NCBI GenBank assembly: GCA_965246885.1
Contig: OZ251992.1
Location: 1-64,000, forward strand
Source: Abditibacterium sp.
Lineage (GTDB): Bacteria; Armatimonadota; Abditibacteriia; Abditibacteriales; Abditibacteriaceae
Length of the DNA: 64,000 nt
Reading direction: 5' to 3'
In this document: positions 1 to 9,338 of the stretch, piece after piece
Layout of the letters: the number at the start of each line of letters is the position of its first letter
Numbering within the stretch: position 1 is the first letter of the stretch
The notes under the pieces: model-generated
Databases searched by the model: none
The model's input: the letters and a program-made list of their open reading frames with translations, nothing else
What the model was told of the DNA's origin: nothing
Program-made: the position numbers and the translations under genes

Positions 1-9
1 CGGTAAACC

Positions 10-1947
10 ATGTCTCCACAACCACCTTCCTCGCCCGCCGCGCCCGAAGGCGCCGCCCCGCTCCTGCCGCCTACCGCTCCAGTTGACGCGGGCGACATCC
101 GATGCGCCGCGTGCGGCACGCTCAACCTGCCCGATTCCAAGTTCTGTCGCGGTTGCGGCCACTTGTTGCGCGTCCCGCCCGCCCCGGACGCTCTTAAAGC
201 CGAGGAACCGGGCAACGACGCCGATGCTGACGCTGCGCTCACTTCGCCCGCCGAGATAGACGCGCGCCGCTCGCGGCAGTTGCTGGAGCGCGCCATTGCA
301 CTATCCGATAAAGGCGACTTGAGCGCCGCCCTGATTGCCTGCCGCCAAGCCGTCGCGCTTGACCCATCGCACGCCCCGCCGCTTTCCTTGCTTGGCACCC
401 TGTTGGAACGCAGTGGCGACTTGCGTGGCGCCCTCGTTGCTTACGAGAAAGTGGCGCAACTTACCCCCGACAGCGCCGCCGCGCGCGAGGGCATCGGACG
501 TCTCCAAGACCGCTTGGCCAAAGCCCCCGCTTTCAACTTCAACCCCGAAGAACTGTTCGCCTCCGACACGGAAACGCCAGTGGCGGCGCCCCTCGCCGAG
601 GTGTCCAGCGAACGCGCCGAAGGCGTCGAAGCGCGCTTGCCGCCCACCAGCGCCGCGCTCAAAGAGGAACTTTCGGCGGTCAACGCCGCCGAAGCCAACT
701 CCACCGCCGCCCCCGTCGCCGTCCCTCCCACCAAAGCAGAAAAAACCGCGAGAGTGACTTCTCTGGCGGCGGCGCTCACGCCCGAACTCATCGCCAGCGC
801 CGCCGCCGAAGCTGCCGCTCCCTCCGTCGCGCCCGCTCCCAAAGTCGAACGCCGCGAAGTCAACGTGCCAGTTGCGACGGAGCGCCGCGCGCCGGGCAGC
901 AACCGCCGCGCCACGCCCGCCTCCGCCCTCCCCACCCCGGCGCCCGTTGCGCCACTCAACTTCTCGTTCACGCCCGATACGCCCGCCAGAGTGCCGTTCT
1001 GGGCGCAAATGCTGCGCGGCCCGTCGTTCTTCGGGCGCACCTTGCCGCTCGTTGGCGTGGCGGTGTTAGGATTGGGGTTCTTGAGTTGGGCGCGCTCGCA
1101 AGCCGTCGCTCGCGAAGCGGCGCAACCGGCGGTCGTGCAGACCGGCACGCCCACCATCGAAAACGCGAATGTGGCGATTAATCCTAGCCCCGTCACCATC
1201 ACGAACCGGCAAGTAGTGCCCGCCCCCGCGTCAAACAACAACGGTGGCGGCGTGGCTATCACCAACGCCACACCCACGCCCGCCCCGATAACGGCGCCCG
1301 CCATCAACCCGCCTGCTCCCAGCGCTCCCGCTCCAAGCGGAGGCCCCGCTTCCACGAGCGCCGCGCCGCGCCGCGCCGCCGCGCCCCTCAAAGTGCGCTC
1401 CAAAACCGCCGACGTGCCCCCGTTCCCCCTCGCGCCCGCCCCCGTTCCTAATCCCACCACGAGTGGCGGTGCGGGCAGTAACGGCCCGCTCATCTTGCCG
1501 CCGCCGCAAACTGGCGGTGGGGGCGACGCGCCGCCCGTCATCCAAGTCGGCGGCAACCCGCTTGTGCCCGGTGGCGGGCCGCAGACGGGACGGATTCGCA
1601 TCACGCAGGGCAGCATCGTCGGGCGTCCCGCGCCCCCACGCAGTGGCACCAAAGCGCGCGGCGACGAGCGAGACGCCGCCGCCGCCGCCGCTAACGGACA
1701 AACCGACCGCGCCATCCGAGGGCTGACCGATGCCATCAACGCTCCCGGCGCCGACCAAGGCTACTTGCTCCAGCAACGCGCGATGGAATTTCTCAAACGC
1801 GGCGACTCCTCGCGCGCCGTCGAGGATTTCAACGCCGCCATCAGCGCCTATCAAACCCAAATAGACCGGGGCGAGGGTATCCCTGCCGCCAAAGCCGGAA
1901 TCCGCTCCGCGCGCGCGGGCCTCAACTCCGCCATGGCGGGAGGATAA
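10..1947 (+). CDS. Zinc-ribbon + TPR single-pass membrane protein with Pro/Ala-rich linkers
   Basis: N-terminal CAACG..CRGCG ribbon; TPR-like helices (AALIACRQAVALDPSH, ALVAYEKVAQLTPDS); one TM segment (LPLVGVAVLGLGFLSW); C-terminal TPR-like helices. Confidence 0.75.
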   Translation: MSPQPPSSPAAPEGAAPLLPPTAPVDAGDIRCAACGTLNLPDSKFCRGCGHLLRVPPAPDALKAEEPGNDADADAALTSPAEIDARRSRQLLERAIALSDKGDLSAALIACRQAVALDPSHAPPLSLLGTLLERSGDLRGALVAYEKVAQLTPDSAAAREGIGRLQDRLAKAPAFNFNPEELFASDTETPVAAPLAEVSSERAEGVEARLPPTSAALKEELSAVNAAEANSTAAPVAVPPTKAEKTARVTSLAAALTPELIASAAAEAAAPSVAPAPKVERREVNVPVATERRAPGSNRRATPASALPTPAPVAPLNFSFTPDTPARVPFWAQMLRGPSFFGRTLPLVGVAVLGLGFLSWARSQAVAREAAQPAVVQTGTPTIENANVAINPSPVTITNRQVVPAPASNNNGGGVAITNATPTPAPITAPAINPPAPSAPAPSGGPASTSAAPRRAAAPLKVRSKTADVPPFPLAPAPVPNPTTSGGAGSNGPLILPPPQTGGGGDAPPVIQVGGNPLVPGGGPQTGRIRITQGSIVGRPAPPRSGTKARGDERDAAAAAANGQTDRAIRGLTDAINAPGADQGYLLQQRAMEFLKRGDSSRAVEDFNAAISAYQTQIDRGEGIPAAKAGIRSARAGLNSAMAGG

Positions 1948-1952
1948 ACACT

Positions 1953-2696
1953 CTACGGAGACGGCGCTGTTGGCGGCGCGGGCGGAAGCGTGGGAATCAG
2001 CGCGGCCACCGCCGCCGCCCGCCGTTTGCCTTCGGGGTGGTCGGATAGCCACCGGTCTAAGTCGTTGTTTGAGTCCTCGTTTGAGAGGCGCGTGAGCACC
2101 GTCACCATCGCGTTCGGGTCGAAGCCCGCGCGTTTCATGCGCGCCGCGCCGCGCGCGTCGGCTTCGGACTCGCTGCCGCGCGAATACTTCGCCGACAGGG
2201 AAGCGTCCAACACGCTGAGGCCGGTTTGCGCGAGGGGCGGTAAGCCGAGCAGAATCGAGCCGATGCCCAAGAGAGTGCCGCGCTTGGACGAGTTCGAGTA
2301 TTGCTTGGCGTAGTGGTGCTGCTCGGCGTGCGTGATTTCGTGCGCCAGCACCGACGCCAGTTCGTCGTCGGTCTTGACCACCTTGCGCAGACCGGTATAA
2401 ACGAAGATGTGGCCCCCCGGCAGGCAGAAAGCGTTGATTTCGGGGGAGTCAATGACGTGGAAGGAGTACTCGAACTCTGGGTCGGAGGCTTTGGCCAAGC
2501 GCTCTCCGATGCGGCTCACCCAATCGGCGACGGGGCCGGAAACGATGGGCGCCGCCTGCTCGATTTGCGCGCCCGCTTCTTGTCCCAACTTGCGCTCCTT
2601 GTCTGGGGAAATCGAGAACATCCCGGCATGCGCGGGCGCAACGGGAGCGAAAAGGAGCAAGGCGCCGGAAAGGGCGAGAAATGGCACGAGTTTCAT
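1953..2696 (-). CDS. M48 family zinc metalloprotease, exported
   Basis: Signal peptide; INAFCLPGG, LAHEITH (HExxH), ESEADARG, WLSDHP motifs. Confidence 0.9.
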   Translation of the reverse strand: MKLVPFLALSGALLLFAPVAPAHAGMFSISPDKERKLGQEAGAQIEQAAPIVSGPVADWVSRIGERLAKASDPEFEYSFHVIDSPEINAFCLPGGHIFVYTGLRKVVKTDDELASVLAHEITHAEQHHYAKQYSNSSKRGTLLGIGSILLGLPPLAQTGLSVLDASLSAKYSRGSESEADARGAARMKRAGFDPNAMVTVLTRLSNEDSNNDLDRWLSDHPEGKRRAAAVAALIPTLPPAPPTAPSP

Positions 2697-2720
2697 GAGA
2701 AGATGTGTTGGGGCGGGCGT

Positions 2721-3731
2721 CTACGGTTGCAATGCCATGTTGAGCGTGCCGGTGAAATCGAGCCACGACTTGGGGCCGCGCGTCCCGTCGGGCTTGAGGG
2801 TGTGCAATTGCGCGCGTCCGCCAACGACAAGCTGCGCTTTGGCGAGTTGTCCGGCTCTCGCATCGAGCCACAGGGTGCCGTTGACGGTCTGCGTCGCGTG
2901 GTCGAGCTTGGGCTGGGGATTGCCATCCTTAGGCGCGTTTGCGTTGGGCGGAAAAGCGGCTTCGAGGGTTTTGCCGTCGAGGTCGAGGTCGCCCTTGATA
3001 TGCACGCGCTGGAGCGATTTACCGCCGACAGTCTCGGCGCCTTCTAATTTCAAGTCGAAGGCGCCCAACGGTTTGGCTGGCGCATCGTCTTGAGCGGGGC
3101 GCTCCAAGCCGGGGAAGTCCACATCGGCTTTCCACGTGTCGCCGACTTGCACGTCGCGCGCGGGCCACAGCGAGGGCAGGGCGCGCAGAATGACTTGGGT
3201 GATGAAGGCGCTTTGCGCGATGGCCCCGGCGGGCGCTCCGTTGGGGGACGGTGCGACGGGTTGGAGTGGCTCGAAGCCTTTGAGTTGGCCACTCGGCGAG
3301 ATTTTCAGCGCCGTCGTGGGCTTGCCGTCGGTTTGCGGGAGGGCGCCGAGGCTGATGGGCTGTCCGTTGACGCGCAACGCGGTTTTGCCGTTGTCGAGCG
3401 TGAACTGCGCCGGTAGCCCCATCACCTGCGCGTTCATCTGCCACTGCGGAAGCGTGACGGCAACGGTGCCCGTCCCAGCGCCGTCCACTTTGAGCGTATC
3501 GAGCGCCGCGACGCCTTGGCCCTGCACCGGCACTTCCATCTGGATGCCCGCGAAGATCGCCATCCCCGGCGTGCCGGGCGGCAGTTGTACATTCGCCGTG
3601 CCGTCGAGGTTCACCGCGTAGGTCAGCTTCTGCCCCGCTTGCCACTTTTGCCGCAGCACCACAGCGCGCGAGGGCAACGAGAGCGCGAGTAACGCTGCGC
3701 CCGCCACGAGGGTTCGAGTCGAAAGAATCAT
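2721..3731 (-). CDS. Exported beta-rich hypothetical protein
   Basis: Signal peptide ending SRA; VGDTW and GTLWLD motifs; co-oriented with the M48 gene. Confidence 0.7.
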   Translation of the reverse strand: MILSTRTLVAGAALLALSLPSRAVVLRQKWQAGQKLTYAVNLDGTANVQLPPGTPGMAIFAGIQMEVPVQGQGVAALDTLKVDGAGTGTVAVTLPQWQMNAQVMGLPAQFTLDNGKTALRVNGQPISLGALPQTDGKPTTALKISPSGQLKGFEPLQPVAPSPNGAPAGAIAQSAFITQVILRALPSLWPARDVQVGDTWKADVDFPGLERPAQDDAPAKPLGAFDLKLEGAETVGGKSLQRVHIKGDLDLDGKTLEAAFPPNANAPKDGNPQPKLDHATQTVNGTLWLDARAGQLAKAQLVVGGRAQLHTLKPDGTRGPKSWLDFTGTLNMALQP

Positions 3732-3818
3732 TGCAATGTTAGAAGCCCCAACCGCCGCGCGGGTTTACTTTTTCCTAAAGGAAGCGCCGATTTTTGACAG
3801 GAGCCGCAAACTGAGCGC

Positions 3819-4313
3819 GTGCTGTCCCTACGCCGCAAGCTCTCGCCCCGCCAGAAGTTTTGGCTGGGGTTCGCGTGGTGCCCGTTGGTAAGCTGGACGG
3901 CGTTTGTGGGACAGTTCGTTTTGCCCACGATGGTAGGTCGAATCTTCCCCAAGTTGGCGCCCAGCAATCAGTTCTTGGCTTATGTGCTAATAAGTTGGTT
4001 GGCGTGCTGGGCCGCCGTCGCGCTGACTTGCGGGTTTGGCGCGGCTTTCTTTTGGAGTGATCCCATCCCAGACAGAGAGACACAGGGGAAGCCTATCTTC
4101 TGGAGCAACGCGCTCGCGTGGGCGCCCTTCCTGCTTTCCTCTTTTTCGGCAGGATTCTTCTTTTTTGCTCTGTGGATATTCTTGTTGCTGCCGTTCTCAA
4201 TCTTTGTGGCGCTCTATTGCGGCAGTCTCGAACGTGGCATCAGATTTTGGAACTCCAACAGCCCGCGCGAGTGGGTGGGCGACTTCTCTAATCCCGACCT
4301 GCCGGAGGTATAA
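3819..4313 (+). CDS. Hypothetical membrane protein (~4 TM)
   Basis: 164 aa hydrophobic, Trp/Phe-rich ORF filling the gap between neighbours. Confidence 0.55.
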   Translation: MLSLRRKLSPRQKFWLGFAWCPLVSWTAFVGQFVLPTMVGRIFPKLAPSNQFLAYVLISWLACWAAVALTCGFGAAFFWSDPIPDRETQGKPIFWSNALAWAPFLLSSFSAGFFFFALWIFLLLPFSIFVALYCGSLERGIRFWNSNSPREWVGDFSNPDLPEV

Positions 4314-4372
4314 AACCTCCGGCATCCGGCTTCGCCAAGTGTCCTGCCGGACACCCTACCAAACTCTTCCCT

Positions 4373-5179
4373 ATGAAAACCTACTGGAAAGTGGCGGTGT
4401 TGGGCTGGCAGGACTCGCTCGTTTACCGCTTTAACTCCCTCGTGTGGATATTGTATTCGCTGCTGCCTTCGCTGACGCTGATGCTTGTCTGGCTGGCGGC
4501 ATATGGGTCGCGCGGTGCGGGGAGTGCCGTCGGCGGTTTTAGCTTGTCCGGCATGATGACGTATTACCTGTTCGTCACTGCCCTTTCCGTCGCCATCACG
4601 CCCAACGCGGAGTGGGACATCGCCCAAACCATCCGCGACGGCAAACTGACGCAGTTCCTCTTGCGGCCCGTCGGATACTTCGGCTACCGCTTCGCGTGGG
4701 AGTCGAGCTATCAGGTCGTCAAAACCGCCATGATGTTGCCCGCCTTTGCGCTCTTGTGGTGGAGCTTTCGGGCGTATATCGCCCTCCCGCCGCTTGGCAT
4801 CGGGCGCGCTCTGGCGCTGGCGTTATCCTGCACCTTGGCGTATGTGCTTTTATCGCAGATGAAGTTCATGCTTGGTCTGACGGCGTTTTGGATTCAGGAG
4901 CCGGGGGGCTTACTGGAGATTTGGAACATCCTCTCCGGCCTGTTCGCGGGACGCTTGCTGCCGCTCGCCTTGCTTCCGGCGTGGGCGCGCTTGGTCGGCG
5001 ACGTGCTGCCTTTTGGCGTGTTGTATGGGTTTCCGATGGATATTCTGCTGGGACGCATTGGCGGCGCGGCCATCGGGTTCGGTTTACTGCGGCAAGTGTT
5101 GTGGATTGGCGTAATGGGCTTGGGCGTGCGCGCGATGTGGGCGCGCGGGTTGCGGCAATACGAATCGGTGGGCGGTTGA
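4373..5179 (+). CDS. ABC-2 family (DUF990-like) transporter permease
   Basis: YRFN N-terminal motif, IRDGKLTQFLLRP, C-terminal GLRQYESVGG, about 6 TM helices. Confidence 0.85.
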   Translation: MKTYWKVAVLGWQDSLVYRFNSLVWILYSLLPSLTLMLVWLAAYGSRGAGSAVGGFSLSGMMTYYLFVTALSVAITPNAEWDIAQTIRDGKLTQFLLRPVGYFGYRFAWESSYQVVKTAMMLPAFALLWWSFRAYIALPPLGIGRALALALSCTLAYVLLSQMKFMLGLTAFWIQEPGGLLEIWNILSGLFAGRLLPLALLPAWARLVGDVLPFGVLYGFPMDILLGRIGGAAIGFGLLRQVLWIGVMGLGVRAMWARGLRQYESVGG

Positions 5180-5197
5180 TACTACGCGCCTGAAGCT

Positions 5198-5950
5198 ATG
5201 AGAATTTTGCTTTTGTCCGATGTGCACGGCAACCGGCACGGGTTGCAAGCGGCCCTTGATGCGGCGGGGCGCGTGGAGCGCATCGTGTGCTTGGGCGATG
5301 TCGTGGGCTACGGCGCCTTCCCCAACGAGTGCTGCGAACTGTTGCGCGAGGTGGGCGCGGTTTGCTTGAGCGGCAACCACGACGCGGCGGCGCTCGGCCT
5401 TATCTCCATCGAGTGGTTCAACGAGTTGGCGACCGAAGCGATCCTGTGGACGCGCGCCCAACTGAGCGACACCAACCGCGACTGGCTCGCGTCTTTGCCC
5501 GCGCAGATGAACTTTCCCGACGCGCGCTTCCAAGCCGTCCACGCTTCCTTGCGCTCGCCTTGGGAGGAGTACATCTTGAACGAAGGCATCGCCCTCGGCT
5601 CCTTTGGCCAGATGGAGCAACCGCTCTGCTTTTATGGGCACACGCACGTGGCCGACCTGTATTGGATGCGCGCCGCCGATTTATCTTCCCCTGACCCCGC
5701 CATTGCGCACGAGGCTTTCCCCGGCGGTGGCGGCGTCGAAATGGAAGAGGGCGAGTTGTACTTGCTCAACCCCGGCTCGTGTGGCCAACCGCGCGACGGC
5801 AACCCCGACGCCCGCTTTGCCCTTTTCGACAGCGACGAGCGCGTCGTGGATGTCTTTTGCGTCGAATACGATACCCGCGCCGCCCGCCGCGCCATCATCG
5901 AAGCCGGGTTGCCGGAGTTGTTAGGGCAGAGACTGCTGACCGGGCAATGA
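5198..5950 (+). CDS. Metallophosphoesterase (calcineurin-like, YfcE/MJ0936 type)
   Basis: SDVHGN, LGDVVGYG, GNHD, GHTH, NPGSCGQPRDG motifs. Confidence 0.9.
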   Translation: MRILLLSDVHGNRHGLQAALDAAGRVERIVCLGDVVGYGAFPNECCELLREVGAVCLSGNHDAAALGLISIEWFNELATEAILWTRAQLSDTNRDWLASLPAQMNFPDARFQAVHASLRSPWEEYILNEGIALGSFGQMEQPLCFYGHTHVADLYWMRAADLSSPDPAIAHEAFPGGGGVEMEEGELYLLNPGSCGQPRDGNPDARFALFDSDERVVDVFCVEYDTRAARRAIIEAGLPELLGQRLLTGQ

Positions 5951-5970
5951 AAAAACGCTTTCGGCCCTTA

Positions 5971-6086
5971 GGGGGTGAATCTGCGGGCAACTCATGGTCA
6001 AGTCCGCCTGCGCGGACTGCGGTCACGATGGGAACCGGCGTAGGCCGGTTTTGCTGTGGGTTGCCCGCGACTTCAGTCGCTGGGCA
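5971..6086. repeat. REPIN-like inverted pair of composite two-hairpin units (copy 1)
   Basis: Minus-oriented unit with AGTCCGC-CTGC-GCGGACT at 6001-6018; plus-oriented unit AACCGGC-GTAG-GCCGGTT..GCCCGCGAC-TTCA-GTCGCTGGGC at 6033-6086. Confidence 0.6.
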
Positions 6087-6095
6087 TAGCAATGG

Positions 6096-6126
6096 AAAAA
6101 CCCCGGCTCGCGCGAGCCGGGGTGTT
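6096..6126 (-). terminator. Intrinsic terminator downstream of tRNA-His
   Basis: GC-rich palindrome CCCCGGCTCGCGCGAGCCGGGG followed by TTTTT on the minus strand. Confidence 0.75.
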
Positions 6127-6140
6127 CTACTTGACCTGAG

Positions 6141-6215
<75 letters not shown>

Positions 6216-6239
6216 GTTTGCCTCGAAAAGCAGGGAGAA

Positions 6240-6268
6240 AGGATACTCGATGGTGGGGCGGGTTTCAA
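6240..6268 (-). promoter_or_regulatory. Sigma70-like promoter of tRNA-His
   Basis: Minus strand TTGAAA-N17-TATCCT about 25 nt upstream of the tRNA. Confidence 0.6.
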
Positions 6269-6351
6269 GTCGCCCTCGCAGTTGAGGTCGAGTGTACGTT
6301 TACAACTCTTGCTCTGGGGCGTTGGCCCGCAATTTTCAAAGCGTGGGCGCG

Positions 6352-7239
6352 ATGGCACAATATTTTGAAGCAAACGGTGCGGGCGCACTCGCGCCGATGA
6401 ACCCCGTCAGGCGGCGCGTTGTGGTGACGGGCGCGGCGGGGCGCATCGGCTCCTATTTCGCCGAGCATATGCACGAGAGATACGACCTTGTTTTGTTCGA
6501 CCGCGACGCGCGCGAACTTGAACACGTCGCCGGGTGGGGCCGCGTCGTCGTGGGCGAACTATCCGACCTCGCGGGTCTTAAAGCCGCCTGCGAAGGCGCC
6601 GACACCGTGTTGCATTTGGCGGGGAACCCCTCGCCCGACCAAACGTGGGCCAGCGTGGTCGAAAACAATATTTCCGGCACCTATCACACTTTTGTCGCCG
6701 CCAAAAGCGCCGGTTGCCGCCGCGTGATTTTCGCTTCCTCGATTCACGCCGTTTCGGGTTATCCCAAAGATGTGCAGGTCAAAACCAGCGAGCCGGTCAA
6801 CCCCGGTGACCTGTACGGCGTGTCCAAGTGCTTTGGCGAGGCGTTGGGGCGCTATATGGCGGTGCAGGAAGGGTTGTCGGTCATTGCGATTCGCATCGGC
6901 GCCTTCCAGCCGCTCTCGACCGCGCAAAAGCCCGACCTTGCGATGATGGACGCTTTTGTTTCGCACCGCGACTTGCAACAACTGCTGGAAAAGTGTGTGG
7001 ATGCCGAAGGCGTGCGCTTTGCAATTCTGCACGGCCTGAGCGACAACCGCTTCAAGCGCATGGACCTTTCCGACGCGCGCGAACTTGTCGGCTACGCGCC
7101 GCAAGACGATTTCACCGGGCTTAATCCGCTACTGCGCGGGCTACACCTTAGCGAAGCGGTGGATTCCAACGCGGCGGTGCGAGACGGGGGCGAGGGCGTG
7201 TCCGGCCTGCGCGATGAACTGCGCGAATTGGGAAGCTGA
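6352..7239 (+). CDS. NAD-dependent epimerase/dehydratase (extended SDR, uronate-dehydrogenase-like)
   Basis: VTGAAGRIG, FASSIHAV, YGVSK (YxxxK), IRIG; start uncertain (ATG 6352 or 6397). Confidence 0.85.
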   Translation: MAQYFEANGAGALAPMNPVRRRVVVTGAAGRIGSYFAEHMHERYDLVLFDRDARELEHVAGWGRVVVGELSDLAGLKAACEGADTVLHLAGNPSPDQTWASVVENNISGTYHTFVAAKSAGCRRVIFASSIHAVSGYPKDVQVKTSEPVNPGDLYGVSKCFGEALGRYMAVQEGLSVIAIRIGAFQPLSTAQKPDLAMMDAFVSHRDLQQLLEKCVDAEGVRFAILHGLSDNRFKRMDLSDARELVGYAPQDDFTGLNPLLRGLHLSEAVDSNAAVRDGGEGVSGLRDELRELGS

Positions 7240-7275
7240 TGCAACTCGCGTTGTGGCGCGGTTTCTAACCCCGCG

Positions 7276-7749
7276 ATGAACCACGACGACCAGTCCCTTT
7301 CCCGCCGCCAACTGATAAGCGGCGCCGGTGCCCTCAGTGGCGCGCTTTTGCTTTCCCGCATTGTCCTCGCTGATGGCGACGAAGATGGCGGCGACGGCAA
7401 AGCGACCGAAGGCAAAACCACCAAAATCGCCGACGGCCAACTGGTGTTGCGCCTTTCCGACAACCCGGAACTGGGCAAAGTCGGCGGCTGGAAACTGTTC
7501 GAGGTGGGCGCCGATCAGGTCATCGTCGCCAACACGAGCAAGGGTTTGGTCGCGCGCTCGGCGGTGTGCCCGCATCGCGGTTGCCCCGTCAATTACAACG
7601 CCGAAGCGAAGCAGTTCGTCTGCCCCTGCCACAATTCGCGCTTCGACGAAGACGGCAAAGTCGTGCGTGGCCCCGCCAAGACCGACCTCGCGCCCTACGA
7701 GTGCGAGCAAGCGTTGATTGTCGCCGCGCCCGCCAAAAAGAAGGCGTAG
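7276..7749 (+). CDS. Tat-exported Rieske [2Fe-2S] protein
   Basis: SRRQLI twin-arginine signal; CPHRGC and CPCHNSRF boxes; GPA motif. Confidence 0.9.
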   Translation: MNHDDQSLSRRQLISGAGALSGALLLSRIVLADGDEDGGDGKATEGKTTKIADGQLVLRLSDNPELGKVGGWKLFEVGADQVIVANTSKGLVARSAVCPHRGCPVNYNAEAKQFVCPCHNSRFDEDGKVVRGPAKTDLAPYECEQALIVAAPAKKKA

Positions 7750-7782
7750 CGCGGCACGCCGTTGGCTTCCCCGCGAGGGGAA

Positions 7783-8442
7783 ATGACCAACGACAAAGTA
7801 ACCGGCCCGTCCGAAACCGGCGTTCACGACCGCGACCTGACCGCCAACGTCCTCGCTTCGACCGAGGGCACCCGCGCGCCTGACATCAACGAGATGGGCC
7901 AGTCGCTCGACGCGCCCGTTGACCATACCTCTGGCGCCCTCAACCAAAACAACGCCGGTCAGGGCTACGCTGCCGACAACAACTTCGAGGGTGATGCTTT
8001 CCGGGCTTCCGCCGGGATGGGGATTCATGCGGATACCAACCTCGCCCCCACGCGCGATATGTATTCCGGCACGACCTCAATCGGCGCCGTAGACGAAAAC
8101 GCCGACACTGCCGTCGTTGGCGGCTTGGGCACCAACTCCACCCCCGGCGTGCGCTCGGACACCGCGCTTCCCGGCACGCAAAGTGGCGGCGTGCCCGAAG
8201 ATTTGCGACGCGCCGCGACACCCTTTGAACACGCCCAAGACCCCCTCGCGGGCGACCGCATGACTGAAAAGCGCGGAAGCATCGAGTTCAACGACCCCGC
8301 CTTGCGCGAAGGCGAAAACGCCGCCCACAACGCGGGCAGTGGCACCAACGGCGCCGTTCACGGCGCAGTTGGCGACGTCACGCAACCCGGCGGCCCCGCG
8401 CCCGACGACCGCACCATCGCCGAAGTCGTGGCGAACTTGTAG
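7783..8442 (+). CDS. Hypothetical acidic, hydrophilic low-complexity protein
   Basis: GAGGGG SD before ATG 7783; host-like codon usage; Gly/Asp/Thr/Asn-rich. Confidence 0.65.
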   Translation: MTNDKVTGPSETGVHDRDLTANVLASTEGTRAPDINEMGQSLDAPVDHTSGALNQNNAGQGYAADNNFEGDAFRASAGMGIHADTNLAPTRDMYSGTTSIGAVDENADTAVVGGLGTNSTPGVRSDTALPGTQSGGVPEDLRRAATPFEHAQDPLAGDRMTEKRGSIEFNDPALREGENAAHNAGSGTNGAVHGAVGDVTQPGGPAPDDRTIAEVVANL

Positions 8443-8695
8443 GCCACCATGAGCGCCCACGAAAAACAACATCGGCGGCCTCGTCCGTCAAGACGACCAC
8501 CGGAAGGCGCCACGCGGACACAGACCGCGCGGCGCCTTCTCTACGCCGAGCGTCCACACGCATCGGTGAAACAGTGACCGGCATAATTTCCCCGTTCCCG
8601 CATGCGCGCGAGCGTTCCACCGAACTAATTCTCTCGTTCCCGCGCATGGGCGAACGTTTTGCCGGGGCCGCTTCGCGGCTCCTACACTTCCGGGA

Positions 8696-9250
8696 GTGCT
8701 TCCCTCGCCTGCCGAACTGCTTGGTTTGTATGCGCAACTCAATGCCGAGTATTTCGGCGGGGAGTTGCCACCTTGCTCGCTCAGGTGGAGCCGCCGCTTG
8801 ACGCGCGCGGCGGGCAACATCCGCGTCGAGCGGCGCCTGATGACGCTGTCCCTCCCGCTTCTTCTTGACGCATGGAGTCCCGGCGCCCGTTTCGAGGTTT
8901 GCGGCATAATGTGCACAAGCGCGCGGCAAGCGTTGGAGGAGATTGTCAAGCACGAAATGATTCACTTGTGGCTTCATGTTCAGGGCTTGCCGTGCGGCCA
9001 TACTCCGGCGTTTCGGGCCAAAGCGCGGCAAATCGGGCAACCCAAGACGCGGCATGGCATCGCGCTTCCGCTCCCGCTCGCGGGGTGGGTGTATGAGTGT
9101 CCGGCATGCAAAACCGCGCTTCACCGGCGCCGCCGCTTCGGGCGCCGTGTGGCGTGCGCGGGGTGTTGCAGGGCGTTTGGAAGTGGCGGATACGAGGAGC
9201 GGTTCCGGCTCCGGGGGCGCAGAATCGAAGCGCGCGGCGCAACCCGTTAA
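8696..9250 (+). CDS. SprT-like zinc metalloprotease with C-terminal zinc ribbon
   Basis: [22 protein letters not shown] (HExxH), GHTPAF, CPAC..CAGC. Confidence 0.85.
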   Translation: MLPSPAELLGLYAQLNAEYFGGELPPCSLRWSRRLTRAAGNIRVERRLMTLSLPLLLDAWSPGARFEVCGIMCTSARQALEEIVKHEMIHLWLHVQGLPCGHTPAFRAKARQIGQPKTRHGIALPLPLAGWVYECPACKTALHRRRRFGRRVACAGCCRAFGSGGYEERFRLRGRRIEARGATR

Positions 9251-9338
9251 ACTGGCGCGCCGAGCGGGAAAATCTCCCTTTGTCAATCGCACTCGCGGCG
9301 TTTGGGCGCTCGCATTTTCAGGAGACATCAACACACGA

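Noticed and set aside
6290..6308. Imperfect palindrome GAGTGTACGTTTACAACTC upstream of the SDR gene
   Set aside because: Single copy with weak symmetry and no adjacent regulator, so it cannot be supported as an operator.
8449..8577. 42-aa Arg-rich ORF overlapping a GC hairpin (8503-8539)
   Set aside because: No SD or motif; more likely a 3' stem-loop of the upstream gene.
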